From Pseudodesulfovibrio mercurii (GTDB lineage: Bacteria; Desulfobacterota; Desulfovibrionia; Desulfovibrionales; Desulfovibrionaceae): 32,000 nt of DNA. Position 1 is the first letter of the stretch. Every line of letters starts with the position of its first letter. Shown here one piece after another: positions 17,570 to 24,400 of this stretch. The translations under genes and the position numbers were made by a program. The stretch spans positions 3,270,001-3,302,000 of the forward strand of contig NC_016803.1 of NCBI RefSeq assembly GCF_000189295.2, written 5' to 3'. The notes below the pieces were generated by a model. It saw only the letters and a list, made by a program, of their open reading frames with translations, did no database searches and was not told the DNA's origin.

Positions 17570-18397
17570 ATGACCGCCCGCAAGCTCACCCTCGGCAACG
17601 TGTTTCTCTACGGGACCCTGGTCCTGCTGGCGCTCTTCTTCCTCATGCCCGCCTACATGGCGGCCGTGACCGCGCTCAAGATGCCCTCGGAGATCAACCT
17701 GCCCACGGCCTGGGAATGGCCGTCGGTCATCAACTGGTCCAGCTTCTCCCAGGCCGTCGACAAGCTCAGGCCCGACTTCATCAACTCCATCATCCTGACC
17801 ATCTGCGGGACCATCGGCTCGACCATGCTCGGGTCGCTCAACGGCTACGTCTTCTCCAAGTGGAAGTTCAAGGGTTCGGACGTGATCTTCACCCTGTTCC
17901 TGTTCGGCATGTTCATCCCGTACCAGGTCATCCTGATCCCGCTGTTCCAGACCCTGCGGGCCATGCACCTGTACGGCGGCCTGCCCGGCCTGATCCTGGC
18001 CCATATCGTCTACGGGCTGCCCATCACCTCGCTCATCTTCCGCAACTTCTACGCCCAGATACCGACCGCGCTCATCGAGTCGGCCCGGCTGGACGGCGCG
18101 GGCTTCTTCTCCATCTACCTGCGCATCGTCTTTCCCCTGTCCATCCCGGGTTTCGTGGTCACGTCCCTGTGGCAGTTCACCCAGATCTGGAACGAGTTCC
18201 TCTGGGGCATCTGCCTGACCCGGAGTACGGCCAGGCCCATCACCGTGGGGCTGGCCAACCTGGCCGGGGGCCAGGCCGTGACCTGGAACCTGCCCATGGC
18301 CGGTTCCATCCTGGCGGCGCTGCCGGTTTTGGCTATTTACATCTTCCTCGGGAGATACTTCATACGCGGACTTCTTGCGGGCTCTGTGAAGGAGTAG
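17570..18397 (+). CDS. Sugar ABC transporter permease
   Basis: 275 aa with an EAA loop ([22 protein letters not shown]). The ATG directly follows the upstream TAG. Confidence 0.9.
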   Translation: MTARKLTLGNVFLYGTLVLLALFFLMPAYMAAVTALKMPSEINLPTAWEWPSVINWSSFSQAVDKLRPDFINSIILTICGTIGSTMLGSLNGYVFSKWKFKGSDVIFTLFLFGMFIPYQVILIPLFQTLRAMHLYGGLPGLILAHIVYGLPITSLIFRNFYAQIPTALIESARLDGAGFFSIYLRIVFPLSIPGFVVTSLWQFTQIWNEFLWGICLTRSTARPITVGLANLAGGQAVTWNLPMAGSILAALPVLAIYIFLGRYFIRGLLAGSVKE

Positions 18398-18435
18398 GGC
18401 GTGGGTCGGGAGGCGGCTTCCGATAGCGGCGCATC

Positions 18436-18514
18436 TGCACATTTTTTCCAGGGGGCTTTCATCCTCACGTAGACGGCTACGCTGCGGTGAAAGCCCCCTG
18501 GAAGAAAATGCACA
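18436..18514. repeat. Long imperfect inverted repeat (about 24-bp stem, 26-nt loop)
   Basis: The left arm ...cattttttccagggggctttca (to 18461) pairs with tgaaagccccctggaagaaaatg... (from 18488). A 14-bp core is perfect. The right arm is the start of tandem unit 1. Confidence 0.6.
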
Positions 18515-18625
18515 GCTGCACCACTCTCGAAAGCCTATCCCCAGGACGTTAGAGCGGCAGGGAAGAGAGAGCCGCTGTCGGGTGCCTGCGGCATCCGAAA
18601 CGCTCCAGGAAGAATAGAAAACAAG

Positions 18626-18661
18626 AGTCCTTCGACCCGATGTTGAGTTGGAGGACTTTTT
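18626..18661 (+). terminator. Terminator-like hairpin plus U-tract inside tandem unit 1
   Basis: agtccttcgac / gttggaggact gives an 11-bp stem (2 G.U pairs) with a 10-nt loop, followed by tttt. Confidence 0.35.
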
Positions 18662-18907
18662 CGTGTTCTCATTCCCCGCGAAGCGGCGATAACAAGTTTC
18701 GTAAAGGATGATGATGGGGGAAGAGGTTATGGGAAGCTCTTTTCCTCCTTACGTAGACGGCTACGCTGCGGTGAAAGCCCCCAGGAAGAAAATGCACAGC
18801 TGCACCACTCTCGAAAGCCTATCCCCAGGACGTTAGAGCGGCAGGGAGGAGAGAGCCGCTGTCGGGTGCCTGCGGCACCCGAATCGCTCCAGAAGAATAG
18901 AATAAGA

Positions 18908-18945
18908 GGCCTTCGACCATGGTTGGGTCGGAGGCCATTTTGTTG
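18908..18945 (+). terminator. Terminator-like hairpin plus U-rich tract inside tandem unit 2
   Basis: ggccttcgacc / ggtcggaggcc gives an 11-bp stem (1 G.U pair) with a 7-nt loop, followed by attttgttg. Relative to unit 1, a T-A pair is replaced by G-C (compensatory) and a G.U pair by G-C. Confidence 0.35.
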
Positions 18946-18961
18946 TGAATTGCCCCGCGGA

Positions 18962-19067
18962 GCGGCGATACAAAGTTTAGGAAAGGATGGGGATGGGGGT
19001 CCGGGGGAAGGGGAAGGAAAGCCCTTTTCAAAGGGTTTTCCTTCCCCTTCCTCCGGCCGCCGGAGGC
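18962..19067. repeat. REP-like palindromic element, copy C (same orientation as copy B)
   Basis: caaagtttagga at 18971-18982. Hairpin at 19006-19051 around the core cccttttcaaaggg. Terminal ggccgccggaggc at 19055-19067. Confidence 0.7.
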
Positions 19068-19094
19068 AAAAAAAGACCCGGACGGGGGTCCGGG
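19068..19094 (-). terminator. Rho-independent terminator of the 42-aa microgene
   Basis: On the minus strand: cccggac-cccc-gtccggg (stem 19077-19083 / 19088-19094), followed by tcttttttt (19076-19068). Confidence 0.7.
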
Positions 19095-19124
19095 CCTTGG
19101 GTGTATCTGATTGGTCGGGGCTGG

Positions 19125-19253
19125 TTAGTTGCGATTGCGGTCTTCTTCGTCGTTCGAACGGTCGTCCTTGCTCTCCGAGACGTTTTCGTCCCACAGCCCG
19201 CAGCTGTGATCGATGCAGGAGAGGCACGGTCCGGGATAATCCATGTTGGGCAT
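19125..19253 (-). CDS. Small Cys-containing protein, 42 aa (below the ORF-track threshold)
   Basis: Manual translation gives MPNMDYPGPCLSCIDHSCGLWDENVSESKDDRSNDEEDRNRN. GGAGG RBS 6-7 nt upstream (ccttGGAGGacactATG). It has its own terminator at 19068-19094 and a perfect TATAAT upstream. Confidence 0.55.
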   Translation of the reverse strand: MPNMDYPGPCLSCIDHSCGLWDENVSESKDDRSNDEEDRNRN

Positions 19254-19306
19254 AGTGTCCTCCAAGGTGGTGGTATGGGAATGGCCCGGCATCAATGGTC
19301 GAGCTG

Positions 19307-19312
19307 ATTATA
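19307..19312 (-). promoter_or_regulatory. Candidate sigma-70 -10 box (TATAAT on the minus strand)
   Basis: The plus strand reads attata, so the minus strand reads catgTATAATcagc. It is about 54 nt upstream of the microgene ATG, in an AT-rich island within high-GC DNA. There is no good -35. Confidence 0.4.
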
Positions 19313-19323
19313 CATGAACATAT

Positions 19324-19338
19324 GTGATAAATAATCAC
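19324..19338. promoter_or_regulatory. Inverted repeat GTGAT-N5-ATCAC overlapping the -35 region of the microgene promoter
   Basis: gtgataaataatcac. In wider context it reads tGTGAtaaataaTCACg (CRP/FNR-like half-sites, but with non-canonical spacing). Confidence 0.3.
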
Positions 19339-19342
19339 GGAA

Positions 19343-19361
19343 CCGCCCTTGGCAAGGGCGG
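19343..19361 (-). terminator. Possible terminator hairpin after the TPR gene
   Basis: ccgccctt-ggc-aagggcgg, an 8-bp GC-rich stem. On the minus strand it is followed by uuccgugauuauuuauc, which is only moderately U-rich. Confidence 0.3.
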
Positions 19362-19388
19362 GGCGAAAAAAATGTATGGATCGGACGG

Positions 19389-20126
19389 CTAGGCGTGTTT
19401 CTGACAGTATTTCAAGAACTTCTGGGCCTCGACAAAGGCGGGGTTGATCTTCAGGGCCCGTTCGAGGTTGCTGACGCAACTGTCGCTGTGGCCCTTTTCG
19501 TAGTAGACGCGGGCCAGGTTGAAGTAGACGTTCTCGTCGGTGTCCACGATCTCCAGGGACTTCTCGTAGTAGCGGATGGACTCGTCGTAGTGGCCGTTCT
19601 TGCGCAGGGAGATGCCGAAGGAGTTGAACTTCTGGCGGAACTCGAAGGAGAAGGCCTCGTCCAGGCCGAGCAGGGTGTCCAGGACCTTCTTGAGCTTGTC
19701 GAAGTCCTTTTTCTCGGAATAGACCTCGCCCAGGCCGTAGTTGGCCTCGACGTTCTTGTCGTCGATCATCAGGGCCTTGAGGAACTGCCGTTCCGCCTCG
19801 TCCAGGTCGCCCTTGACGAAGGCCTCCTGGCCCATCTCGATCTTGCGGCGCAGGGTCTCCAGGGCCGGGACCGTGTGCACCCGGTAGTAGGTCGGCTCCG
19901 GGGTGTACTGTCGGAGGAAGTCCAGCTCGGCGAGGATGCTGCGCACGCCCGAGGGCACGTGATGGGCGTTGAGGGGCTGAATCTCGAACTGGTCGGGGGA
20001 AAGCTGGCGAGCGTACCAGTAGGTGATGTTGTCGTGCCGGGCCGCGGTGCCGCCGGTGCCCACTTCGGCCGCGAGTTGCAGTGAGTATACGCCGAGAATG
20101 GCCGGATAATCGTCCAAGACTCCCAT
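19389..20126 (-). CDS. TPR-repeat protein with an unassigned ~100-aa N-terminal domain
   Basis: 245 aa. The C-terminal two-thirds show TPR-like repeats (EAERQFLKALMIDDKNVEANYGLGEVY...; IRYYEKSLEIVDTDENVYFNLARVYYEKGH...NLERALKINP). No signal peptide or lipobox. Confidence 0.8.
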   Translation of the reverse strand: MGVLDDYPAILGVYSLQLAAEVGTGGTAARHDNITYWYARQLSPDQFEIQPLNAHHVPSGVRSILAELDFLRQYTPEPTYYRVHTVPALETLRRKIEMGQEAFVKGDLDEAERQFLKALMIDDKNVEANYGLGEVYSEKKDFDKLKKVLDTLLGLDEAFSFEFRQKFNSFGISLRKNGHYDESIRYYEKSLEIVDTDENVYFNLARVYYEKGHSDSCVSNLERALKINPAFVEAQKFLKYCQKHA

Positions 20127-20230
20127 CTCCCTTGTTGGTCGGTTCCCGTGACGTGTCGTCAGACGTCAAACTAGTGCAGGTCCTGGCATAGATCAATACT
20201 TATTATCCGCCGGGGCCGGTCAACGAGCCG

Positions 20231-20257
20231 AAAAAAGGCCCTTGGGAGGGCCTTTTT
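20231..20257. terminator. Bidirectional rho-independent terminator
   Basis: aaaaaa-ggccct-tggg-agggcc-ttttt. It lies immediately downstream of the minus-strand tadE-like gene (stop at 20277). Confidence 0.7.
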
Positions 20258-20276
20258 GTCGTGGATCCGCACTCGG

Positions 20277-20744
20277 TTAGTCGCAGGGCTTCCAGGGCTC
20301 GTTGACCTTGCGGTCAAACCCCCTGAGCGGGATGTTTTCGGGCAGCAGGGGCGAGACCAGGGGGGTGAAGGGCTCGTAGTTGTAGACCACGGCCACCTCG
20401 GCCAGCTGGCAGGGCGCGCCGGGGTCGTTGTCGATGCCGTCGCCCGAGGCCTGGACGTCGGGCCAGGAGCGCACGGAGATTTCGATGTTGGCCTGGTTCA
20501 GGGTGGTCAGCCCGGCCTCGGTGGCCGCGATGATGTCGTCCAGGCGGGTGCCTTCGTCCGCGCCCCGGCCCGTGGCCGCGAAGCGCGCGCCCATCTGGGC
20601 GGCCTTCTGCACCGTGACCCAGGCGTAGACCGCGTTGCCGCCCTCGATCACGGCCATGACCAGCATGAACAGGATGGGCAGGATCAGGGCCGTTTCCACG
20701 GCGGCCAGCCCTGCGCGGCGGGAGCGCTTTCGGTTCTTCAGCAT
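20277..20744 (-). CDS. TadE/TadG-family Flp pilus assembly protein (pseudopilin-like)
   Basis: 155 aa. TadE-like N-terminus RRAGLAAVETALILPILFMLVMAVIEGG. GGGAGG RBS. Confidence 0.8.
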   Translation of the reverse strand: MLKNRKRSRRAGLAAVETALILPILFMLVMAVIEGGNAVYAWVTVQKAAQMGARFAATGRGADEGTRLDDIIAATEAGLTTLNQANIEISVRSWPDVQASGDGIDNDPGAPCQLAEVAVVYNYEPFTPLVSPLLPENIPLRGFDRKVNEPWKPCD

Positions 20745-20757
20745 GATGAAACCTCCC

Positions 20758-22032
20758 TTAGAGCAGTCGCCAGCCCAGCTGCTTGCCGATCTGCTTGAAG
20801 ATGTCGGGGATGTCGTACACGGACGGGGCGTCGAAGTAGTGGTCGTCGGTGCCCGCCTTGCTTGAGGCGATCTCCTTCATCAGGTTGATGTCGGTGGTGT
20901 CCGAGGAGCCGAAGCGGATGGAGAATATCTCGATGCCCGCGTCCTTGGCCAGTTGCGCCTCGCTGAGCATGTCCGCGTTGAGCACGCCGCCGTCGTTGCA
21001 GTGGGCGGTGTCCACGCCCATGCCGTAGTAGGCGTTGGTCCAGTAGTTGTTGGGCCGGTAGGTGGCGCGGTAGGTGCCGCCGCATTCGCCGTCCTCGGTG
21101 TCGCCGTCGGTCAGCACGATCATGATCTTGCGGAAGTCTTCCTTGCTCCCGGCCTGGGTGAAGGGCGCATCAGGGGTGAGGATGTTCCGCCCCCACTTGA
21201 TGCCCTCGGAGATGACCGTGCCCGAGGCCGCGCCCGTGGCGGTCTGGGAACCTATGGCCGCGATGATCGTGCTCTTGTTCTTGCTCAGGGGCAGGACCGT
21301 CGGGATGTCCGAGCAGGTGTCCAGGGTGATGTAGCGCTTGTAGTAGTAGGGCAGGGCGTTGTACTCGTCCATGAACTCCTCGTTGATGCCGGTGTTCAGG
21401 GAACCGTCCGCGTTGACGCAGCCCTCGGCGTAGCCGTCCACGGCCTCGCCCAGGCGGATCTTGCCGCGGAAGGGCACCAGGCCGACCTTGGTGTCGGGCG
21501 TGGTCCCGTCCGGAATGAGCAGGTCGGTCAGCTCCTCGGAGGCCTGCTTGACCAGGTCGATGGGCGTGCCCTTCATGGAGCCGGAGTTGTCGATGACGAA
21601 GACCACCTCGAGCTTGTTGAAGCCCGCCATGGCGCTGGCCTCCACGGTCTTGTCGGCCATGCCCAGGACCTCCATGAGGAGCATCCTGACCTCGGCCTGG
21701 GCCGTGACCTTGACGCTGCGGATCTCGGTGCCCGCCGAAATTTCCGTGACCACGGCCTCTTCCATGTTGGTCTCGACCATGTCGTTCACGGCCTGGGTGA
21801 CGATGCCCTTGGACAGGTCGGGGTCGTAGGGCAGTTCGAGGCTGCCCGCCAGGGCGCCCGCGTCCACGGCCGCCTGTAGCCGGGTGTGGGTCATGTACAT
21901 GTTGCCCATGTCCACGGCGATGCCCGCCACTCCGAGGAGCACGGGCAGCAGCAGGGCCATGATGGCGCTGGTGGAGCCCCGCCGCCTAGGGGAGCGGCAT
22001 GGTTGTCTGCGCGACGAACGTGAGGGGTTCAT
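20758..22032 (-). CDS. TadG-like pilus assembly protein with a von Willebrand factor A domain
   Basis: TadG_N-like RRGSTSAIMALLLPVLLGVAGIAVDMG, then a vWA domain with the MIDAS motif VVFVIDNSGSMKG and ...LTDGDTEDG. Start is uncertain: ATG 22032 overlaps the upstream gene by 47 nt. The track start 22083 has a GAGG RBS but overlaps by 98 nt. Confidence 0.75.
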   Translation of the reverse strand: MNPSRSSRRQPCRSPRRRGSTSAIMALLLPVLLGVAGIAVDMGNMYMTHTRLQAAVDAGALAGSLELPYDPDLSKGIVTQAVNDMVETNMEEAVVTEISAGTEIRSVKVTAQAEVRMLLMEVLGMADKTVEASAMAGFNKLEVVFVIDNSGSMKGTPIDLVKQASEELTDLLIPDGTTPDTKVGLVPFRGKIRLGEAVDGYAEGCVNADGSLNTGINEEFMDEYNALPYYYKRYITLDTCSDIPTVLPLSKNKSTIIAAIGSQTATGAASGTVISEGIKWGRNILTPDAPFTQAGSKEDFRKIMIVLTDGDTEDGECGGTYRATYRPNNYWTNAYYGMGVDTAHCNDGGVLNADMLSEAQLAKDAGIEIFSIRFGSSDTTDINLMKEIASSKAGTDDHYFDAPSVYDIPDIFKQIGKQLGWRLL

Positions 22033-22375
22033 CGTTGCCGAACAGTCCGTTGCCGTCCTGGGATCCGAAGATGTCGTAAACATAGGAAACCTCTACTGTG
22101 ACGGTGTTGTCTGCGGGGTTGGTGGTCACGTTGGTGGACAGTTTGTCGGGATCGAGATCGGCCACAACGGCGGCCACCAGGGCCGCCACGTCGGAGGACT
22201 CGCCCTGGGTGACCACGCGCCGGGCGCCTTCGCGGCTGGCTTCCACCAGGGAGGAGTATGTGTGCATGGCGTTGCCGCCCTGCATCAGAAGCAGGATCAG
22301 GAGCGCCATGATGGGAACCAGCAGGGCGAACTCCACGGCGGCCATCCCCCGACGCCTTACGTCTCTCTTTCTCAT
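21986..22375 (-). CDS. TadE-like protein
   Basis: Start chosen at ATG 22375 (MRKRDVRRRGMAAVEFALLVPIMALLILLLMQGGN), preceded by AAGGAGA. The track ORF extends to 22498. Confidence 0.8.
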   Translation of the reverse strand: MRKRDVRRRGMAAVEFALLVPIMALLILLLMQGGNAMHTYSSLVEASREGARRVVTQGESSDVAALVAAVVADLDPDKLSTNVTTNPADNTVTVEVSYVYDIFGSQDGNGLFGNDEPLTFVAQTTMPLP

Positions 22376-22433
22376 TCCCGTTCTCCTTGCATTCCAAAAT
22401 TGGTCCGGCGGAAGGCCGGGTACCCCGAAGGAA

Positions 22434-22448
22434 GCATTGTGCGTGCCA
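22434..22448 (-). promoter_or_regulatory. Sigma-54 (-24/-12) promoter candidate for the tadE-tadG operon
   Basis: The minus strand reads TGGCACgcacaATGC, with correct GG-to-GC spacing (12 nt) and one mismatch to TGGCAC-N5-TTGC. It is about 60 nt upstream of the tadE-like ATG. Confidence 0.55.
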
Positions 22449-22559
22449 AGGCGTAATGGGGTGCCCGGAAAGGTGGAAACAACCTCCCGCATCAACAAGA
22501 TAAATTTTTTTTGTGACCCATGTCGGCAAACGTTCGTAATGAAGGTGTGAAACAGGGAA

Positions 22560-22577
22560 TATCTATTTTTTGTGGAT
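22560..22577 (-). promoter_or_regulatory. Shared 18-nt AT-rich motif (minus strand: ATCCACAAAAAATAGATA)
   Basis: Matches 24185-24202 at 17 of 18 positions, in the same orientation relative to the respective sigma-54 promoter. The reverse strand reads TATCTAttttTTG, which resembles the IHF consensus WATCAANNNNTTR with one mismatch. Confidence 0.3.
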
Positions 22578-22640
22578 GGACGGACCCGATTCGTGTAGGG
22601 TGGTCTTCACGCGGGAACAACACGATCAGGGAGCAGACCT

Positions 22641-24026
22641 GTGGCCGAGAAAATACTTGTGGTCGATGACGACCGTGCCTTCCAGGGCATGCTGGTCGAA
22701 GCGCTGGCCGACAAGGGCTATGTGGTGGAGACCGCGGCGAGCGCCGAGGAAGGCATAAAGAAGGCCGGGGCGGGGCGCTTCGATCTCATCCTGCACGACA
22801 TCCAGCTGCCCGGCATGTCCGGGCTCGAGGCGCTCAGGCACCTGGCCGAAGTCTCCCCGGGCGTGGACGTCATCGTCATGACCGGCTACGGCTCCAAGGA
22901 GACAGGGGTCACGGCCATGCAGCAGGGGGCCTACGATTATTTCGAGAAGCCGTTCTCCCTGCGCGAGATGGAGGTGGTGGTCGGCCGGGCCATGGAGAGG
23001 CGCCGCCTCCAGGAGGAGCTGGCCGAGCTGAAACGGCACGGCGGGTCCAGCCCCCTGAACAACATCATCGGCCACAGCGCGCCCATGATGGCGGTCAAGG
23101 AGCGCATCAGCCGGGTGGCCGAACTGAACGCGGACGTGCTCATCATGGGCGAGACCGGTACCGGCAAGGAGCTGGTGGCCGATACCATCCACGTCCTGTC
23201 CGCCCGGGCCAAGGCCCCGTTCGTCAAGATCAACTGCGCGGCCATCCCGGAAAACCTCATCGAGTCGGAGCTGTTCGGCCACGAGAAGGGGGCCTTCACC
23301 GGGGCCACGAGCATGAAGCAGGGCAAGTTCGAGCTGGCCAAGGGCGGCTCGCTCATGCTCGACGAGATCGGCGACATGCCCCTGCACCTGCAACCCAAGC
23401 TGCTGCGCGCCGTGGAGCAGAAGCAGGCCGAGCGCGTGGGCGGGGCCAAGCCCATCCGCTACGACGTGCGCATCATCGCGGCCACCAACCAGGAGCTGGA
23501 GGAGCGGGTCCGGGACGGCGGGTTCCGCAGCGATCTATACTATAGACTGAATGTGGCCACCCTGATCCTGCCCCCCCTGCGCGAGCGCAAGTCCGACCTG
23601 CCGCAGCTGGCCGAGTTCTTCCTGGACCGGGCCAACAGACGGCTCGGCACGGACATCGCCGGGGTCTCGTCCGAGGCCATGGAGATATTCTTCAACTACG
23701 ACTGGCCGGGCAACGTGCGCCAGTTCGCCAATGCCGTGGAGCGCGCGGCCATCTTCTGCACCTCCTCCCGGATCACCCCGGCCGAGGTGGACCAGGCCTT
23801 TTCCAATACCCGGCCCGCTACGGACAGCGGAATCTGCGTGCCCACGGGTGAGGGACTGCCCCTGAAACAGGCCCTGACCGAGTACGAGAAGGCCCTGATC
23901 GAAAACGCCCTCCGGGCCTGCGGCGGGGTCCAGACCGAGGCCGCCACCGCCCTGGGCGTGTCCGCCAAGAACCTCTGGAACAAGCTCAAGAAGCACGACA
24001 TCGACCCGGTATTATTCAAGAAATAG
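22641..24026 (+). CDS. Sigma-54-dependent response regulator (NtrC family: REC + AAA+ + Fis-type HTH)
   Basis: 461 aa. REC domain ILVVDDD...[17 protein letters not shown]+ domain GETGTGKE, with the sigma-54 contact loop GAFTGA (EKGAFTGA). C-terminal HTH ([20 protein letters not shown]). GTG start with an AGGGAG RBS. Confidence 0.9.
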   Translation: MAEKILVVDDDRAFQGMLVEALADKGYVVETAASAEEGIKKAGAGRFDLILHDIQLPGMSGLEALRHLAEVSPGVDVIVMTGYGSKETGVTAMQQGAYDYFEKPFSLREMEVVVGRAMERRRLQEELAELKRHGGSSPLNNIIGHSAPMMAVKERISRVAELNADVLIMGETGTGKELVADTIHVLSARAKAPFVKINCAAIPENLIESELFGHEKGAFTGATSMKQGKFELAKGGSLMLDEIGDMPLHLQPKLLRAVEQKQAERVGGAKPIRYDVRIIAATNQELEERVRDGGFRSDLYYRLNVATLILPPLRERKSDLPQLAEFFLDRANRRLGTDIAGVSSEAMEIFFNYDWPGNVRQFANAVERAAIFCTSSRITPAEVDQAFSNTRPATDSGICVPTGEGLPLKQALTEYEKALIENALRACGGVQTEAATALGVSAKNLWNKLKKHDIDPVLFKK

Positions 24027-24108
24027 CTGTTCGAAGGGCGGTCCGCCCAGCCTTCCCGTCCGCCCGGAAGCGGGAACATGTCCACATTTTATGGTCCTCC
24101 GGGACCCG

Positions 24109-24159
24109 GAAAATCCCCTCAAACAGGGGATTTTCGCGTTTTCAGACCCTGAAAACGCG
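24109..24159 (+). terminator. Two adjacent perfect hairpins downstream of the regulator gene (possible terminator)
   Basis: gaaaatcccct-caaac-aggggattttc (24109-24135), followed by cgcgttttcag-acc-ctgaaaacgcg (24135-24159). The first hairpin runs into a U-rich tract. Confidence 0.4.
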
Positions 24160-24184
24160 TCCCGGCCAGCCCCTGCACAAGACT

Positions 24185-24202
24185 ATCCATAAAAAATAGA
24201 TA
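24185..24202 (+). promoter_or_regulatory. Shared 18-nt AT-rich motif (ATCCATAAAAAATAGATA)
   Basis: Matches the minus-strand motif at 22560-22577 at 17 of 18 positions. It is about 200 bp upstream of the flp -24 box. Confidence 0.3.
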
Positions 24203-24400
24203 CGTATAACAAGCTTGATTTGTTGGCGAAACGAATGCTCATTCCGGAGCGATCGCGCCCAGGCGCTCCACAATTCATGGATTGTAAGCCTCCGGCAGGG
24301 GTGCCGGATCGTGTCTGGCACGGACCGTTTGCCGGAATTTAAATTTTATTTCCAATTATACAGGGATGTTGCAAACTATTTTTCAGATTGTTTTTCGCTG

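Larger units (their letters stand above)
18467..19067. repeat. Tandem direct duplication, period about 284 bp (unit 1 from 18467, unit 2 from 18751)
   Basis: Both units begin acgtagacggctacgctgcggtgaaagcccc.... The first ~140 nt differ at about 4 positions by my hand alignment; the remainder is more diverged. Unit 2 ends in REP-like copy C. Unit 1 ends in a degenerate copy at about 18683-18750. Confidence 0.8.

Noticed and set aside
14924-18442. Very long antisense ORFs in the track: 1172 aa here, plus 26192-29200- (1002 aa), 28801-31731- (976 aa), 12709-14958-, 5257-7194-, 3224-5341+, 1304-3217+, 24633-26219-, 9118-10545- and others.
   Set aside because: Their translations are low-complexity and rich in Arg/Gly/Pro/Asp/His/Val/Ala, almost devoid of Lys/Ile/Phe/Asn, and have no motifs. 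Each lies opposite a gene with clear family signatures and RBS. They are typical shadow ORFs caused by GC3 bias in high-GC DNA.
18467-19067. The tandem repeat was checked as a possible CRISPR array.
   Set aside because: There are only two units of ~284 bp with no short repeat/spacer periodicity, and no cas genes in the window.
19349-19365. A sigma-54-like ttggcaagggcggggcg on the plus strand.
   Set aside because: It matches only the GG/GC dinucleotides, with poor flanks. It lies inside a hairpin, and no plus-strand gene is downstream.
19389-20126. The TPR protein was considered as the missing TadD.
   Set aside because: TadD is an outer-membrane TPR lipoprotein. This protein has no signal peptide or lipobox and is transcriptionally separated by a terminator. 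A bona fide tadD may lie beyond the right edge.
22522-22534. Resemblance of ggcaaacgtt (tad intergenic region) and ccgtttgcc (24325-24333) to the LacI-type operator gcaaacgtttgc at 9371-9382, suggesting cross-regulation by the gal repressor.
   Set aside because: The shared core is only about 7-9 nt. A 7-mer is expected a few times by chance in 2 x 32 kb, and neither tad site forms the full palindrome.
24316-24332. A second TGGCAC hexamer (ctggcacggaccgtttgcc) upstream of flp, which looked like another sigma-54 promoter.
   Set aside because: The GG-to-GC distance is 14 nt instead of the required 12, so it does not fit the -24/-12 geometry. It may be part of an upstream binding region instead (GTGCC-N11-GGCAC).
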